A program made the position numbers and the translations under genes. This document shows, one piece after another, positions 55,099 to 64,000 of a DNA stretch of 64,000 nt. The DNA lies in assembly GCA_965262915.1 (NCBI GenBank), contig OZ253564.1, forward strand, positions 1,184,001-1,248,000, read 5' to 3'. The stretch is from Candidatus Spongiisociaceae bacterium. Its GTDB lineage: Bacteria > Actinomycetota > Acidimicrobiia > Spongiisociales > Spongiisociaceae. The notes below the pieces were generated by a model, which did not search any database, was not told the DNA's origin, and worked only from the letters and a program-made list of their open reading frames with translations. The first letter of the stretch is position 1, and each line of letters starts with the position of its first letter.

Positions 55099-55121
55099 GT
55101 GATAACCATAGGTGATAACCA
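55099..55121 (+). repeat. Direct repeat GTGATAACCA x2, candidate integrase arm-type sites
   Basis: Two perfect 10-mers 3 bp apart, just upstream of the integrase. Confidence 0.5.
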
Positions 55122-55140
55122 AAATGGGGAGGAGAGACAG

Positions 55141-56331
55141 GTGAAACGTCCACGAATCCTATCAGCCGCGTTCGTGCGCACCGTCACCCAACCGGGCCGC
55201 TACGGCGACGGACGCGGCGGCTACGGCCTCAGCCTCCTGGTAAAACCAACCGCGAACGGGCGGCTATCCAAAACGTGGAGCCAAAGGGTCAGATTCCACG
55301 GACGGGTCACCAACATCGGCCTAGGCCCATATCCGATCGTCACTTTGGCCGAAGCCCGAAAAAAAGCCGTCGCCAACCGGCGGACGATCGAAGCGGGACT
55401 CGACCCCCGAGGCAGCCGCGTACCCAGCTTCTCCCAAGCCACCGAAAAGGTCATAGCTATACACGCCGCCGGGTGGAAACCAGGCGGCAAGTCAGAGAAG
55501 CAATGGCGGTCGTCGCTTAGCACCTACGCCTACCCGCGTCTGGGACGCCGACCAGTGGATCGGATCACCACCGCCGATGTGATGGCCTGTCTGCTTCCGA
55601 TCTGGCACACCCGCCCCGAGACCGCAAGACGGGTAAGACAGCGCATCGGCGCGGTCATGCGCTGGGCCATCGCGCAGGGATACCGGACGGACAACCCAGC
55701 CGGGGACGCCATCGGTGCCGCGCTTCCCACCAACATGGGACGACGCCGACACCACCCGGCGCTGCCCCACACCGACGTGGCGGCCAGCCTCGCCACCATC
55801 CGAGCCTCCGCCGCGTATCCGACCACCATCTTGGCGTTCGAGTTCCTAATACTCACAGCTTGCCGCTCCGGCGAGATAAGAGGCACCCGATGGGACGAGA
55901 TCAACCTGGACGAAGCCACCTGGACGATCCCCGCCACCCGGATGAAAACCGCCCGCCAACACCGCGTGCCCCTCCCCACCCGCGCTGTCGAACTGTTGAC
56001 AGAAGCGCAGCGGTTTCGGGACCGCAGCGGCCTCGTGTTCCCATCAGCCACCGGACGGGAACTATCCGACGCGACCCTCTCCAAACTAATGCGAGAACAC
56101 AACATCCCCGCCGTACCCCACGGATACCGCTCCAGCTTCAGGGACTGGGCAGCCGAGCTAACCGACACACCCCGACAAATCTGCGAACTCGCACTCGCCC
56201 ACGTCAACAACGACCGAGTCGAAGCCGCCTACCAACGAAGCGACCTCTTCGACCGACGCCGCCAACTCATGCAACACTGGGCCGACTACCTACACAACCA
56301 GGCACCTTCTTCTGCGCGACTACCAAACTGA
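55141..56331 (+). CDS. P4-like tyrosine integrase with arm-binding domain
   Basis: PGRYGDG.GL.L, LG.YP..TLAEAR; catalytic R(SGE), K, HGYR, LAH, Y. Confidence 0.95.
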   Translation: MKRPRILSAAFVRTVTQPGRYGDGRGGYGLSLLVKPTANGRLSKTWSQRVRFHGRVTNIGLGPYPIVTLAEARKKAVANRRTIEAGLDPRGSRVPSFSQATEKVIAIHAAGWKPGGKSEKQWRSSLSTYAYPRLGRRPVDRITTADVMACLLPIWHTRPETARRVRQRIGAVMRWAIAQGYRTDNPAGDAIGAALPTNMGRRRHHPALPHTDVAASLATIRASAAYPTTILAFEFLILTACRSGEIRGTRWDEINLDEATWTIPATRMKTARQHRVPLPTRAVELLTEAQRFRDRSGLVFPSATGRELSDATLSKLMREHNIPAVPHGYRSSFRDWAAELTDTPRQICELALAHVNNDRVEAAYQRSDLFDRRRQLMQHWADYLHNQAPSSARLPN

Positions 56332-56981
56332 CCTGATAGGACTAGCCAGCCGGCTATACCCACCTGGGATTAGTGAGGATGGCTCTTGTTGATATGTGTT
56401 TGCGGTGTTTAGCAGGGATGAGGCGATCGAGAAATCGCTTGATCGTGGTGTCCGTCGTTAGGTGGACAGGAGGTGACGTGCGTAGTTCCGTATTTGAGCG
56501 GAGGGGTGTTGCAGGAGAAACGTCGCGATCTTCTCACGAAGCGGTTCTCACCACACCGGACCAGACCATTGCTGCCAACGAGCTTCCAACGCCGCAGCGT
56601 AACGAGAGTCGGCCTTCTCATTCACCGGGGATATGGAGACAAGCGACGGATAGCAGCCCGATGCCGCTTCCGACGGGAACGGTTTCGTACTTGCTCTCGA
56701 CGACGATGACCTCCGCCGACTCGTCGCTGAACGGCGGCAGACAGATTTCCTCGAGTTCAGGTCCCTACGGAAACACTTCAGTGACCTTCTGTAGAGGGAG
56801 TGCTGAGGTTATGTCAATTCGGCTGTGGGCAACCGGTTCGCCGTGGATGAAACCTTGGCGCCGCGGGAGTCCGGCCTCTACAGCCTCCCGTAGGAGGCGA
56901 GCGTGTCAAGATCCCGCTGCAAGCGGTCGGTGTGCCCAAGCGCATCTACTGCTAAAGGTTAGGCGCTGTTTTGCCCTGGGC

Positions 56982-57251
56982 ATGACCACCAACACCCGCG
57001 TGGCCAGACAGGGCCAGACTCTCATGGCCTAAAGGGTATAAGCGGGCCAGCTACGGTTCCGCCAGATCGTCGAATCGATCTACCAGACCCTCAAATCCCA
57101 ACCCGTCTCGAAACGTCACGGAGGCCGCACCCCACCAGGCGTCTCCGTCCGCGTGCTGCAACCCATACTTGCCCTCACCACCGCCACCTGGCACAACCAG
57201 ACCACCCAACGAGCAGGCCCAGCCCGCTCCCTCATCGCATACGACCACTGA
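56982..57251 (+). mobile_element. IS982-family transposase remnant
   Basis: RQIVESIYQTLK...RHGGRT...LAL..A.WHN...RSLIAYDH*. Confidence 0.75.
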
Positions 57252-57258
57252 CCTTGGA

Positions 57259-57837
57259 GGCCCTGCGCCGGAAACGTGGGTTGGGTGGGGTGGTTGCCGT
57301 GGGCGGCGGCGGACAGTTCGCATCGTCTGTACCCGAAGGGCTGGTTGCATATGGGACCGGGCCACTTATGCGGTGTGGTCGGGATGGTGCGGTGACGTGG
57401 CAGCCCCCGTCGACGTTCGAAGGTTTGGCCGCCCGGGCAGGTCTTCGCCCTTCGACTCTGCGACGCCGCCGTGCGCATCCGGCGGGTTTGTGGAACCATC
57501 GTGGTGACCGCCTGGCGGTGGCCCGGTGGGACGATCCCTACCTCGACGCCCACCGGGAGCGGGTCCGCTACAACGATTATCGTTGTTCGGTGCCGGCCAG
57601 GTCCGGTCTTGAGAGACCACCATTACTTCGACTAGGCCAATCCGGTTAGCGGTTGAAACTGCGCCTGAATCAGACGAGATCCTCGCAGGGCACCACGCCG
57701 TGCGCGCCAGCAACGGCCGCATCAAGGGCACCAACACTCTGCTCCAAGTGCTGCGACGCACCGCCCGCGGCATCCCTCGTGACAATGACCCCCGACGAGT
57801 CCAACAACCCCACATCCCACATTTACGCCGAAGGGCC
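57259..57837 (+). mobile_element. Internally deleted ISL3-like element
   Basis: Imperfect TIR GGCCCT..G.CG.AAA.GTGGG at both ends; SNGRIKGTN.LL.VL.R remnant. Confidence 0.55.
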
Positions 57838-58721
57838 TAGAGGTAAAGGGTCCCGAGATAGTACCCGTCACCGTTAGCCAGACCCTTATCGGTCAGAAAG
57901 TCGACCGAGTAACTGGCTGAAGACACGTAAATGTGTACCAGACCATCGTCACACTCGAATACGATGTCACCAGCTGTGTTCTGAGTAATTGTGTTGTACC
58001 CGCCGTAATACTCAAGGTCAGTTGAGGGAGCCTCACCGACGATGATGATCTTGGGAGCCATATCGTCAAGCCATCCCTTCGAGACACGCCCTGACTTCCT
58101 TCCGTGGTGCGGAGCAAACAAGAGATCCACCTGCGGTAAGTCAATTTCGTCCTCGATTGCTTCCATGAAGTCGGTTTCCAGATCACCCATCCACAAGGCT
58201 TTCACGCCGCCGTTCAGCCTGTACCTGACGATAGGCGAGATGTTGTTTGGGCTCTCGCCTTGCTTGGCGCGTTCCAGAGCGTCCTTGAATTCCTGACTGG
58301 TCGTATCTGGCCAGAGGATGTTGATGCCCGCACACTCGCGTTCGTCACTGCTCACGTTCATCCATCGTCGTCGGCATCCCTTATAGATATAGAATGCCTT
58401 GGTCGCGTGATCGCGAAGCTGGCAATACCGCTTGAAGTCAGAAGTTTCGGTCTCCTTCGTTGCCGCATTCTTCACGCAGTAGAAGTTCAGGATTTCCATC
58501 CGGTCGTCCAAGTAGAGAAGGCCTCCGATGTGATCTTGGTCAGGATGAGTAGAGATGAACCGGGTGATATTCTTCCCGTTACGTTCACTTTCAAGTTCAT
58601 CCACGATGCGCTCCCGGTTGGCATCCGATAGCGAACAATCGATCATCGTGAAGTTGTCCGAGTTATGACGAATGTAGAACATGTCCCCGTTGCCGACGGA
58701 GAGAGACTTGATCTTGCTCAC
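57837..58721 (-). CDS. ComEC/Rec2-like MBL-fold hydrolase
   Basis: SVGNGD, IDC, THPDQDH, MGD, APHHG; GTG overlaps the upstream TGA. Confidence 0.88.
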   Translation of the reverse strand: MSKIKSLSVGNGDMFYIRHNSDNFTMIDCSLSDANRERIVDELESERNGKNITRFISTHPDQDHIGGLLYLDDRMEILNFYCVKNAATKETETSDFKRYCQLRDHATKAFYIYKGCRRRWMNVSSDERECAGINILWPDTTSQEFKDALERAKQGESPNNISPIVRYRLNGGVKALWMGDLETDFMEAIEDEIDLPQVDLLFAPHHGRKSGRVSKGWLDDMAPKIIIVGEAPSTDLEYYGGYNTITQNTAGDIVFECDDGLVHIYVSSASYSVDFLTDKGLANGDGYYLGTLYL

Positions 58722-59386
58722 TTGTTGAGCTCTGCGTAGGTGGTATAGAGTTCGACGGAATACTGTCTGTAGAACTTCAAGTACCGAAGGTACATAGCCA
58801 CCCCGACAAAAACCGCCAGCAGAGCCCCTGGCCACAGCACGGCCGGCTCGACTCGATGATCGACGACAATCGCTACTCCAATCAGGGCAGCGCTGATTAA
58901 TGCAGCCATCGAGGTGTTCCGGCCAAAGCCGTAGAGATTCAGGAAAGTCGCTAACCGCTCCCGAGGATATTCATCCCACCGGACCACGCCGAAGCAGTGG
59001 TAGAAGAGCGCCTCTCCGGGCACCTCGATTCCCGCTCTGTCTTTGGCATTTGTCAGCACGCGTTTGGCTGTCGCTGGCGGAAGAGGCTTGTGGTACTCAT
59101 TGAGAACCCGACGCCAGCCCGAAGGCGGGCACTCCTGGAAGAGCCAAGAGGTTGGCGTTCCGATTAGTCCCCTAGTCAATCTACGTTCCAGCAGGAAGCT
59201 AGAAACTGACGCGACGATGTGCCCGATCAGATAAGCGGCAATGACCAACACCAGACCCTGGCTGGCGTTCAAATCCAAGCGGAACGCCTCGACACCCTGA
59301 TACGCAAACCAGACTCCAGCCAGAGTGATCGTGCCCGAGCCGAGATACCCAAAAAAGTCGTAGACCGAAAACGGAATCTTGCCCAT
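58718..59386 (-). CDS. Four-TM membrane protein coupled to the MBL hydrolase
   Basis: YDFFGYL..G, AYLIGH (N-terminal TM pair), YGFGRN, C-terminal TM pair. Confidence 0.75.
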   Translation of the reverse strand: MGKIPFSVYDFFGYLGSGTITLAGVWFAYQGVEAFRLDLNASQGLVLVIAAYLIGHIVASVSSFLLERRLTRGLIGTPTSWLFQECPPSGWRRVLNEYHKPLPPATAKRVLTNAKDRAGIEVPGEALFYHCFGVVRWDEYPRERLATFLNLYGFGRNTSMAALISAALIGVAIVVDHRVEPAVLWPGALLAVFVGVAMYLRYLKFYRQYSVELYTTYAELNK

Positions 59387-59489
59387 CGTGTCCTCATGAT
59401 ACGGGCCTTCCGCCTCGGAGGAGGGCAACACCTGGGAGTGAACGGGGCCGACCGCGCACGCGGCGGTCGAACTGGCTGAAGACCGTTTC

Positions 59490-59760
59490 GGCTTACGGCT
59501 TCGACCGTCATGGGGTGGGGTGGCATCGGATCATGGGCCTGGTGAGAGTCCACTCGGCTGTGGTGGCGCAGCGTCGCCGGACCCGGCCGTGTCGTGTGCT
59601 GTTGGTGGACGAGACTTCGATCCGGCGCCGGCGCCGGTATGTGACCGTGGTGGCCTGTGGTGACAGCGGCAAGGTGTTGGCGATGATCCCGGGTCGTACG
59701 AAAGCGTCTTTGGCCAGGTTCTTCAGAGATCAGGGACTCCGGTGGTGCCGCCGGGCGCCT
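59490..59760 (+). mobile_element. ISL3 transposase fragment
   Basis: LLVDETSIRRRRRYVTVV...GR.KASL..FF. Confidence 0.7.
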
Positions 59761-59885
59761 CGCTGGCCAATGGCAGGACAGCAGGCGAGGGGCGTGGTCC
59801 GGGCGGGGCTTTCATTCCAGGACGCTGTCGGGGCTTGGCTAGCCGCGAACGTGGCAGCGGGGAAGATACGAGCTGATGGGAGGAA

Positions 59886-60029
59886 CTACTTCGGTTTGGA
59901 ACTCTTAGGTGGTTTAGCAGCTCCCGGGCCCGGGCCTTTCGGTAGCTTCGACACCGAAATCGACTTATCTGTCGTGTACCCGCCACGCTTGTGTGTTCCC
60001 GCTCGCCCCCTTCTCCCTTTACTTTTCAT
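59886..60029 (-). CDS. 47-aa Lys/Pro/Gly-rich basic peptide
   Basis: GGAGG RBS; ATG overlaps the end of the upstream gene; MKSKGRRG...KRGGYT...KLPKGPGPGAAKPPKSSKPK*. Confidence 0.55.
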   Translation of the reverse strand: MKSKGRRGRAGTHKRGGYTTDKSISVSKLPKGPGPGAAKPPKSSKPK

Positions 60030-60723
60030 TGGTTTCTTCCTCCGACGCTGCTTCGGTGAACTCTAGATACTCGATCTCCTCCCATCTTAGAAGAAGGCCA
60101 GAATTCTGTATTTCTGGATTGCCAGCATCGTCAGTGAGTATCTCTCCGGTGTGAGGATCGAGGCGAAGGGTTGCGGCCAGATAGAGATCCGGTGCCTCAG
60201 GGTATCCTGCAGCATACGGTCGGCGCTCGTCGACCTCGCCGAAAACACCGCCTATCCAGGTGCCAGACTTCAGCTTGCAACGAATCCCGCCGGCGGGTCG
60301 ATCTTGGAACAGATGATCCCAAGCGCGCGGTGCCCTGTCTCTCCCGCTTACAAGCCGTGCCCACGGCCAGTTTGCCTTCCACCCGAACCCCAGTACGCCT
60401 CCCGCGACCAACGGCACGATGGTGTAGAGGATAGGGACCGTCCAGAACCACAGGGGCAAGGCCTGCCAGTTAGCGACGCTGTCCCAATAGTTCGCGTAGA
60501 GCCAGTAGAGGGGCCCAGCGATAATCGACAACAGGACTGCCGATCCTCCCACGAATCTCAGGGCACGGTCCTGCAATCCGATTCCGAACCGACCCGCCCA
60601 TCGCTCAAAACTCCAAACAAACAGAGCACCTGGAAGAAGGGCTATGAGAACGAGGGTGGCTGCGCCCAAACCTGTCATGTCGTCCACATTGTCTACTCGA
60701 ACATCCTCTCTCCCATCGCCCAT
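60019..60723 (-). CDS. DUF6338-like membrane protein
   Basis: LLPG, three TMs, PRAWD..F, LK.G.WIGG.FG, DLYL. Confidence 0.7.
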   Translation of the reverse strand: MGDGREDVRVDNVDDMTGLGAATLVLIALLPGALFVWSFERWAGRFGIGLQDRALRFVGGSAVLLSIIAGPLYWLYANYWDSVANWQALPLWFWTVPILYTIVPLVAGGVLGFGWKANWPWARLVSGRDRAPRAWDHLFQDRPAGGIRCKLKSGTWIGGVFGEVDERRPYAAGYPEAPDLYLAATLRLDPHTGEILTDDAGNPEIQNSGLLLRWEEIEYLEFTEAASEEETNEK

Positions 60724-60789
60724 CGGGGTGTGACCCTCTCGAGGGAGGCGGCCAAGGTCGCAGAACTGAGCCGCCTGACATGGTTATCA

Positions 60790-60930
60790 GGCGCCCATCA
60801 ATCTACCTGGCCCCGGCCTCGGCGACGTTTGAGACGACCCGCAGAGGCTACGAACAGCTCGTGGCCTGGGCAGACCACTATACCGTCGCCCCAGCACGGG
60901 CCCGGGCCGTAGAAGGTGCCAGCAGCCTGC
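60790..60930 (+). mobile_element. IS110-family transposase fragment
   Basis: FETTRRGYEQLVAWA...AVEGASS. Confidence 0.55.
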
Positions 60931-61099
60931 GGAGCCGGGGTGTGCTTCCACCTGTTGGCTGCGGCTGAGCAGGTGGTGAGTGTTCAGCCATCCCCGCTTG
61001 CGACAACCGGTGACGGTGCCAACATCGACGCTCTCGACGCTAGACGGGCCGCCCGGGAATCGCTCGGACGCCAATAGCAGGCATACCCCGCTCCCGGCG

Positions 61100-61330
61100 G
61101 TGTCCCTCGAAGCACGCCACGACAAACGCCCCCAACTGGGGGACCTGCGCGAGTCCGGAGCTATCTAACAAGACGCCGTGGTGCCGATGATCTACCGAGA
61201 CGACTACTACAACCCCGACACATGGGAACTTGGCATCGCCGAGATCAACATCGCCAAACAACGGGCCGGACCCACCGGCGTCGCAAAAGCCACCTTCACC
61301 CCCAAGATACGCCCGCTTCGACAACCTACC
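61100..61330 (+). pseudogene. DnaB-like helicase C-terminal remnant
   Basis: LEARHDKRPQLGDLRESGAI*QDA...IYRDDYYN...AEINIAKQRAGPTG. Confidence 0.8.
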
Positions 61331-61552
61331 CCACCGGCTACACCAACACCCTCGGCCGATGACCCCACAGAAGGGGCACCGAGCGTTGGGGCGGGTAAGG
61401 GTCCGGGATGGGTGTGCGAGCTCTCTCAGCCGCCACGCCGGGTGGGGGGCCACCCCCAGGGCGGCATCCCCCCAGCGTCGGGCCAACCGGCTGCGACGTG
61501 ACCGTCAACGGGCCTTTGGGGGTCATCGGTGCTAACTGCACCGCCCCAGTAC

Positions 61553-61849
61553 TTAAACCGAGGCGGGGGCGGGCAGGTTGTCTACGAACTTGTGGAGGTC
61601 ACCGCATGCCACCTCTGGCGGGATGGCCTCTCTGGCTTTGACCAGTTCCTGGCAGGCCCGCCTGACAGATTCCTCGACGGTGTTGGTGTGCCACCACCAA
61701 CCTCCCTTAACGGTCGAGACCCGGTACACGCTAGGAGCCCCGCTGTTCAATGTGATTGTGACAGTGTTGATCTTGTCAGACACTTTGAGAGCGCAGGCGT
61801 CCGCGTCGTCGACCTCGAACCGTTCCCCGTTGTAGACGTACTCTTTCAT
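61553..61849 (-). CDS. 98-aa hypothetical protein
   Basis: MKEYVYNGERFEV...; ATGA overlap with the upstream small ORF. Confidence 0.55.
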   Translation of the reverse strand: MKEYVYNGERFEVDDADACALKVSDKINTVTITLNSGAPSVYRVSTVKGGWWWHTNTVEESVRRACQELVKAREAIPPEVACGDLHKFVDNLPAPASV

Positions 61850-61983
61850 GGTCGACGGATCCGACGAGCCGTGACGGTGACGGTACGCTTCACTCGGATT
61901 GGAATGGTGCGCGTCCCGCCGCCGGGGTGCCGCACACGGACTCGTTGGGTGCCGGTGCGGGTTATCGTGCGCCGCGTTGTCAT
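61846..61983 (-). CDS. 45-aa Arg/Thr-rich hypothetical protein
   Basis: AAGAGG RBS; MTTRRTITRTGTQRVRVRHPGGGTRTIPIRVKRTVTVTARRIRRP*. Confidence 0.4.
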   Translation of the reverse strand: MTTRRTITRTGTQRVRVRHPGGGTRTIPIRVKRTVTVTARRIRRP

Positions 61984-62320
61984 TACTTGCCTCTTTTCTT
62001 GCCGGTGTCCGAGCGCTTCTTGCGCCACGAGCCGTCCTTGTTTCTTGATCGGGGCTGTTTACCGCCCCCGGGTGATGGAACATGTGGCACTCGGCCAGCT
62101 CGTCTATCAGCCATAACCTGGAAACCTCCTCTAGTTCATGCTCGGCCCGATTTTCGGGCCTTATGCGCTCTTCCTTTCCCAATAGAAACCCGCACCGGCC
62201 CGAAACCCTGTTAGCCTCGGTGTATGACCGGGACGGGTGCAGTCATCTTACTACACCTAATCGGTATACTGGATCAACACCACGATGTAGGTACATCGGT
62301 GGACAAGCGGTGGAGTCAGG

Positions 62321-62599
62321 GTGCGTGTGGAATTCACTCACGAGGAGCTAGCCGAGGCCTGCAACTCGCTCGAGGGTTTGCAGCGCAGGTACGGCAAGCC
62401 CGCCACCGCAGTCAAGCTCGCCCTCTCGACGCTCCAAGCTGCAGAGGGTTCGCTAGATGCACTCCCCAACGTGAGCAGCGGAGGAGGTACCACAGTGATA
62501 CGAACATCAACCGCAGATGTCGTGCTTGACCTAGCAGTCGGGAACGGCACGGCCACGATTTCCGGCATTTCCACCCGACCGTTCAACGGTCGGGGGTGA
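62321..62599 (+). CDS. Divergent HigB/RelE-like toxin
   Basis: MRVEF...L...C...RRYG...L..L.AA..L..L, upstream of HigA-ImmA. Confidence 0.55.
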   Translation: MRVEFTHEELAEACNSLEGLQRRYGKPATAVKLALSTLQAAEGSLDALPNVSSGGGTTVIRTSTADVVLDLAVGNGTATISGISTRPFNGRG

Positions 62600-63798
62600 C
62601 GCGTGAGGCTCGGGTTCGCTACGAACCCGACTACACAACATCACCCGGCGAACACCTATTGGACGCGTTGCGCCAACTCGGCATCTCCCAGGCGGAGCTC
62701 GGCGCCCGCACCGGGCTAAGCGCCAAGCACATCAACCAGATCATCAAGGAGGCTGCCACCCTCACCCCGGATACGGCGATACAGCTCGATCTGGCCACGG
62801 GTACTCCCGCCCGCCAGTGGCTGACCTATGAAGCTAACTATCGTGCACAACTAGTGACAGCTGCTGTCCACTCGAAACTCTCCGAGTGGCGCGCATGGTT
62901 ATCTCGCTTCGAGGTTCGAGAACTGTACGAGCGGGGCATTCTCAAGGCGTCGGATACAAATGACGAGCACGTGTTGGCGATGCTGCGGTTCTTCGGCATC
63001 GCGGACCCTTCCGGATGGACAAGGGTATGGGAGCCTCGCTTCACCTCCTTCAGGCGGTCCCCTGCCTTCCAACCGCACCAGAGTGCAACCACCGTGTGGT
63101 TACGGATCGGTCAGCTAAAAGCGATGGAGACACGAACAGCAAGGTATGACGCTCAACGTTTGCGATGTCTCTTGCCAGATCTTCGGCGACTTACACGAAC
63201 CGACCCGGATGACTTTCTGTGTGAACTACCCAAATTGCTGGCATCGGTCGGTGTTGCTGTGGTGTACGCGGCCGAGTTCACAGGATGCCGAGCCTCAGGG
63301 GCAACCTGGTGGGCGTCGCCGACGAAGCCGGTCATCCTCCTGTCAAACCGCGGGAAACGAGAGGATCGCTTCTGGTTCTCCTGCTTCCATGAAATCGGAC
63401 ATGTGCTCCTCCACGCCAAGCGAAACACTTTCCTTGACCAGCAACGTAGCGACGAAGAGGGCGGACTCCCCTGGCGTCCTCCCGATCTTGTTGGGATGCC
63501 CTACGCGGAGGACGCACCGATCAGCGAGAACAACAGTTGGCTTGAACGAGAAGCTGACAAGTTCGCGGCCGATGTGCTCGTGCCGCCTCAGGACGCTCAA
63601 CACCTAGAAGGAATACGCAACTACCAGGACCAGGACATAGAGCGAGTTGCACTTATTCTCGGGATATCTCCCGGGATTGTCGCGGGTCGATGGCAGCACG
63701 ACAACAAGAACTTCACACAATTCAACCGGCATCGCAGACGTCTACCCGAAGACCCGTTCCGAGACCCGCCGCCGTTGCTGAACCAGCAAGCAACATGA
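62596..63798 (+). CDS. HigA-type XRE HTH fused to an ImmA/IrrE metallopeptidase
   Basis: SPGEHL...SQAELG.RTG, DRFWFSCFHEIGH (HExxH), EREADKFA. Confidence 0.9.
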   Translation: MTREARVRYEPDYTTSPGEHLLDALRQLGISQAELGARTGLSAKHINQIIKEAATLTPDTAIQLDLATGTPARQWLTYEANYRAQLVTAAVHSKLSEWRAWLSRFEVRELYERGILKASDTNDEHVLAMLRFFGIADPSGWTRVWEPRFTSFRRSPAFQPHQSATTVWLRIGQLKAMETRTARYDAQRLRCLLPDLRRLTRTDPDDFLCELPKLLASVGVAVVYAAEFTGCRASGATWWASPTKPVILLSNRGKREDRFWFSCFHEIGHVLLHAKRNTFLDQQRSDEEGGLPWRPPDLVGMPYAEDAPISENNSWLEREADKFAADVLVPPQDAQHLEGIRNYQDQDIERVALILGISPGIVAGRWQHDNKNFTQFNRHRRRLPEDPFRDPPPLLNQQAT

Positions 63799-64000
63799 AC
63801 ATGCCCTCCCAAGCTCTCCACGAAGGGGCACAGCATCTCGGCATTGGCGTTACTGGCCCGGTGACTCCCAAGTAGCACAGGATTACCTGGCCGCCCGCAG
63901 CGTCCTCGCCGCCATCATCAACACCTCCACTGCCCGGTGACTACACCACCCGCCCCCGCGTCAAGCCGTTGTGATGGCGATCACTGAGGGATGCGAGCGG

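Noticed and set aside
61100-61330. Functional replicative dnaB gene
   Set aside because: Only a short C-terminal piece with an internal TAA.

Overview
High-GC, Actinomycetota-like DNA. The SLH/'YCP'-repeat surface protein and MhuD homologue suggest Acidimicrobiia (inference). The window is an accessory region in heavy decay. Its backbone is a large, partly ruined catabolic locus: eight paralogous two-domain VOC/glyoxalase genes, two LLM-class oxidoreductases, tandem alpha/beta-hydrolases with His at the nucleophile elbow, MmgE/PrpD genes, an isochorismatase, a PuuE-like deacetylase-fold enzyme, an MhuD-like heme monooxygenase, a 'GVWEGTY' beta-barrel, two DUF2269-like membrane proteins, and MFS/EamA transporters. 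Five copies of one operator-like motif sit in front of several of its operons. I hypothesise a tetrapyrrole (heme/bilin) catabolic system. Two genes split by the ORF track look like selenoproteins (AhpD-like CxxU; TlpA-like UxxC lipoprotein), each with a SECIS-like hairpin. A (GGCACCT)22 tract keeps the isochorismatase in frame. Interspersed are a Shango-type defence operon, a type II R-M pair, a broken type IIG R-M gene, five TA modules, two IS630 copies, a nested IS3::IS30::IS630 stack, IS481/IS982/ISL3/IS110 remnants, four ~100-bp CTAG-targeting MITEs, and a P4-like integrase island carrying a TM+MBL-hydrolase pair. No rRNA, tRNA or CRISPR array was seen. Family calls rest on recalled motifs, not on searches. 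Some frameshifts could be sequencing errors.
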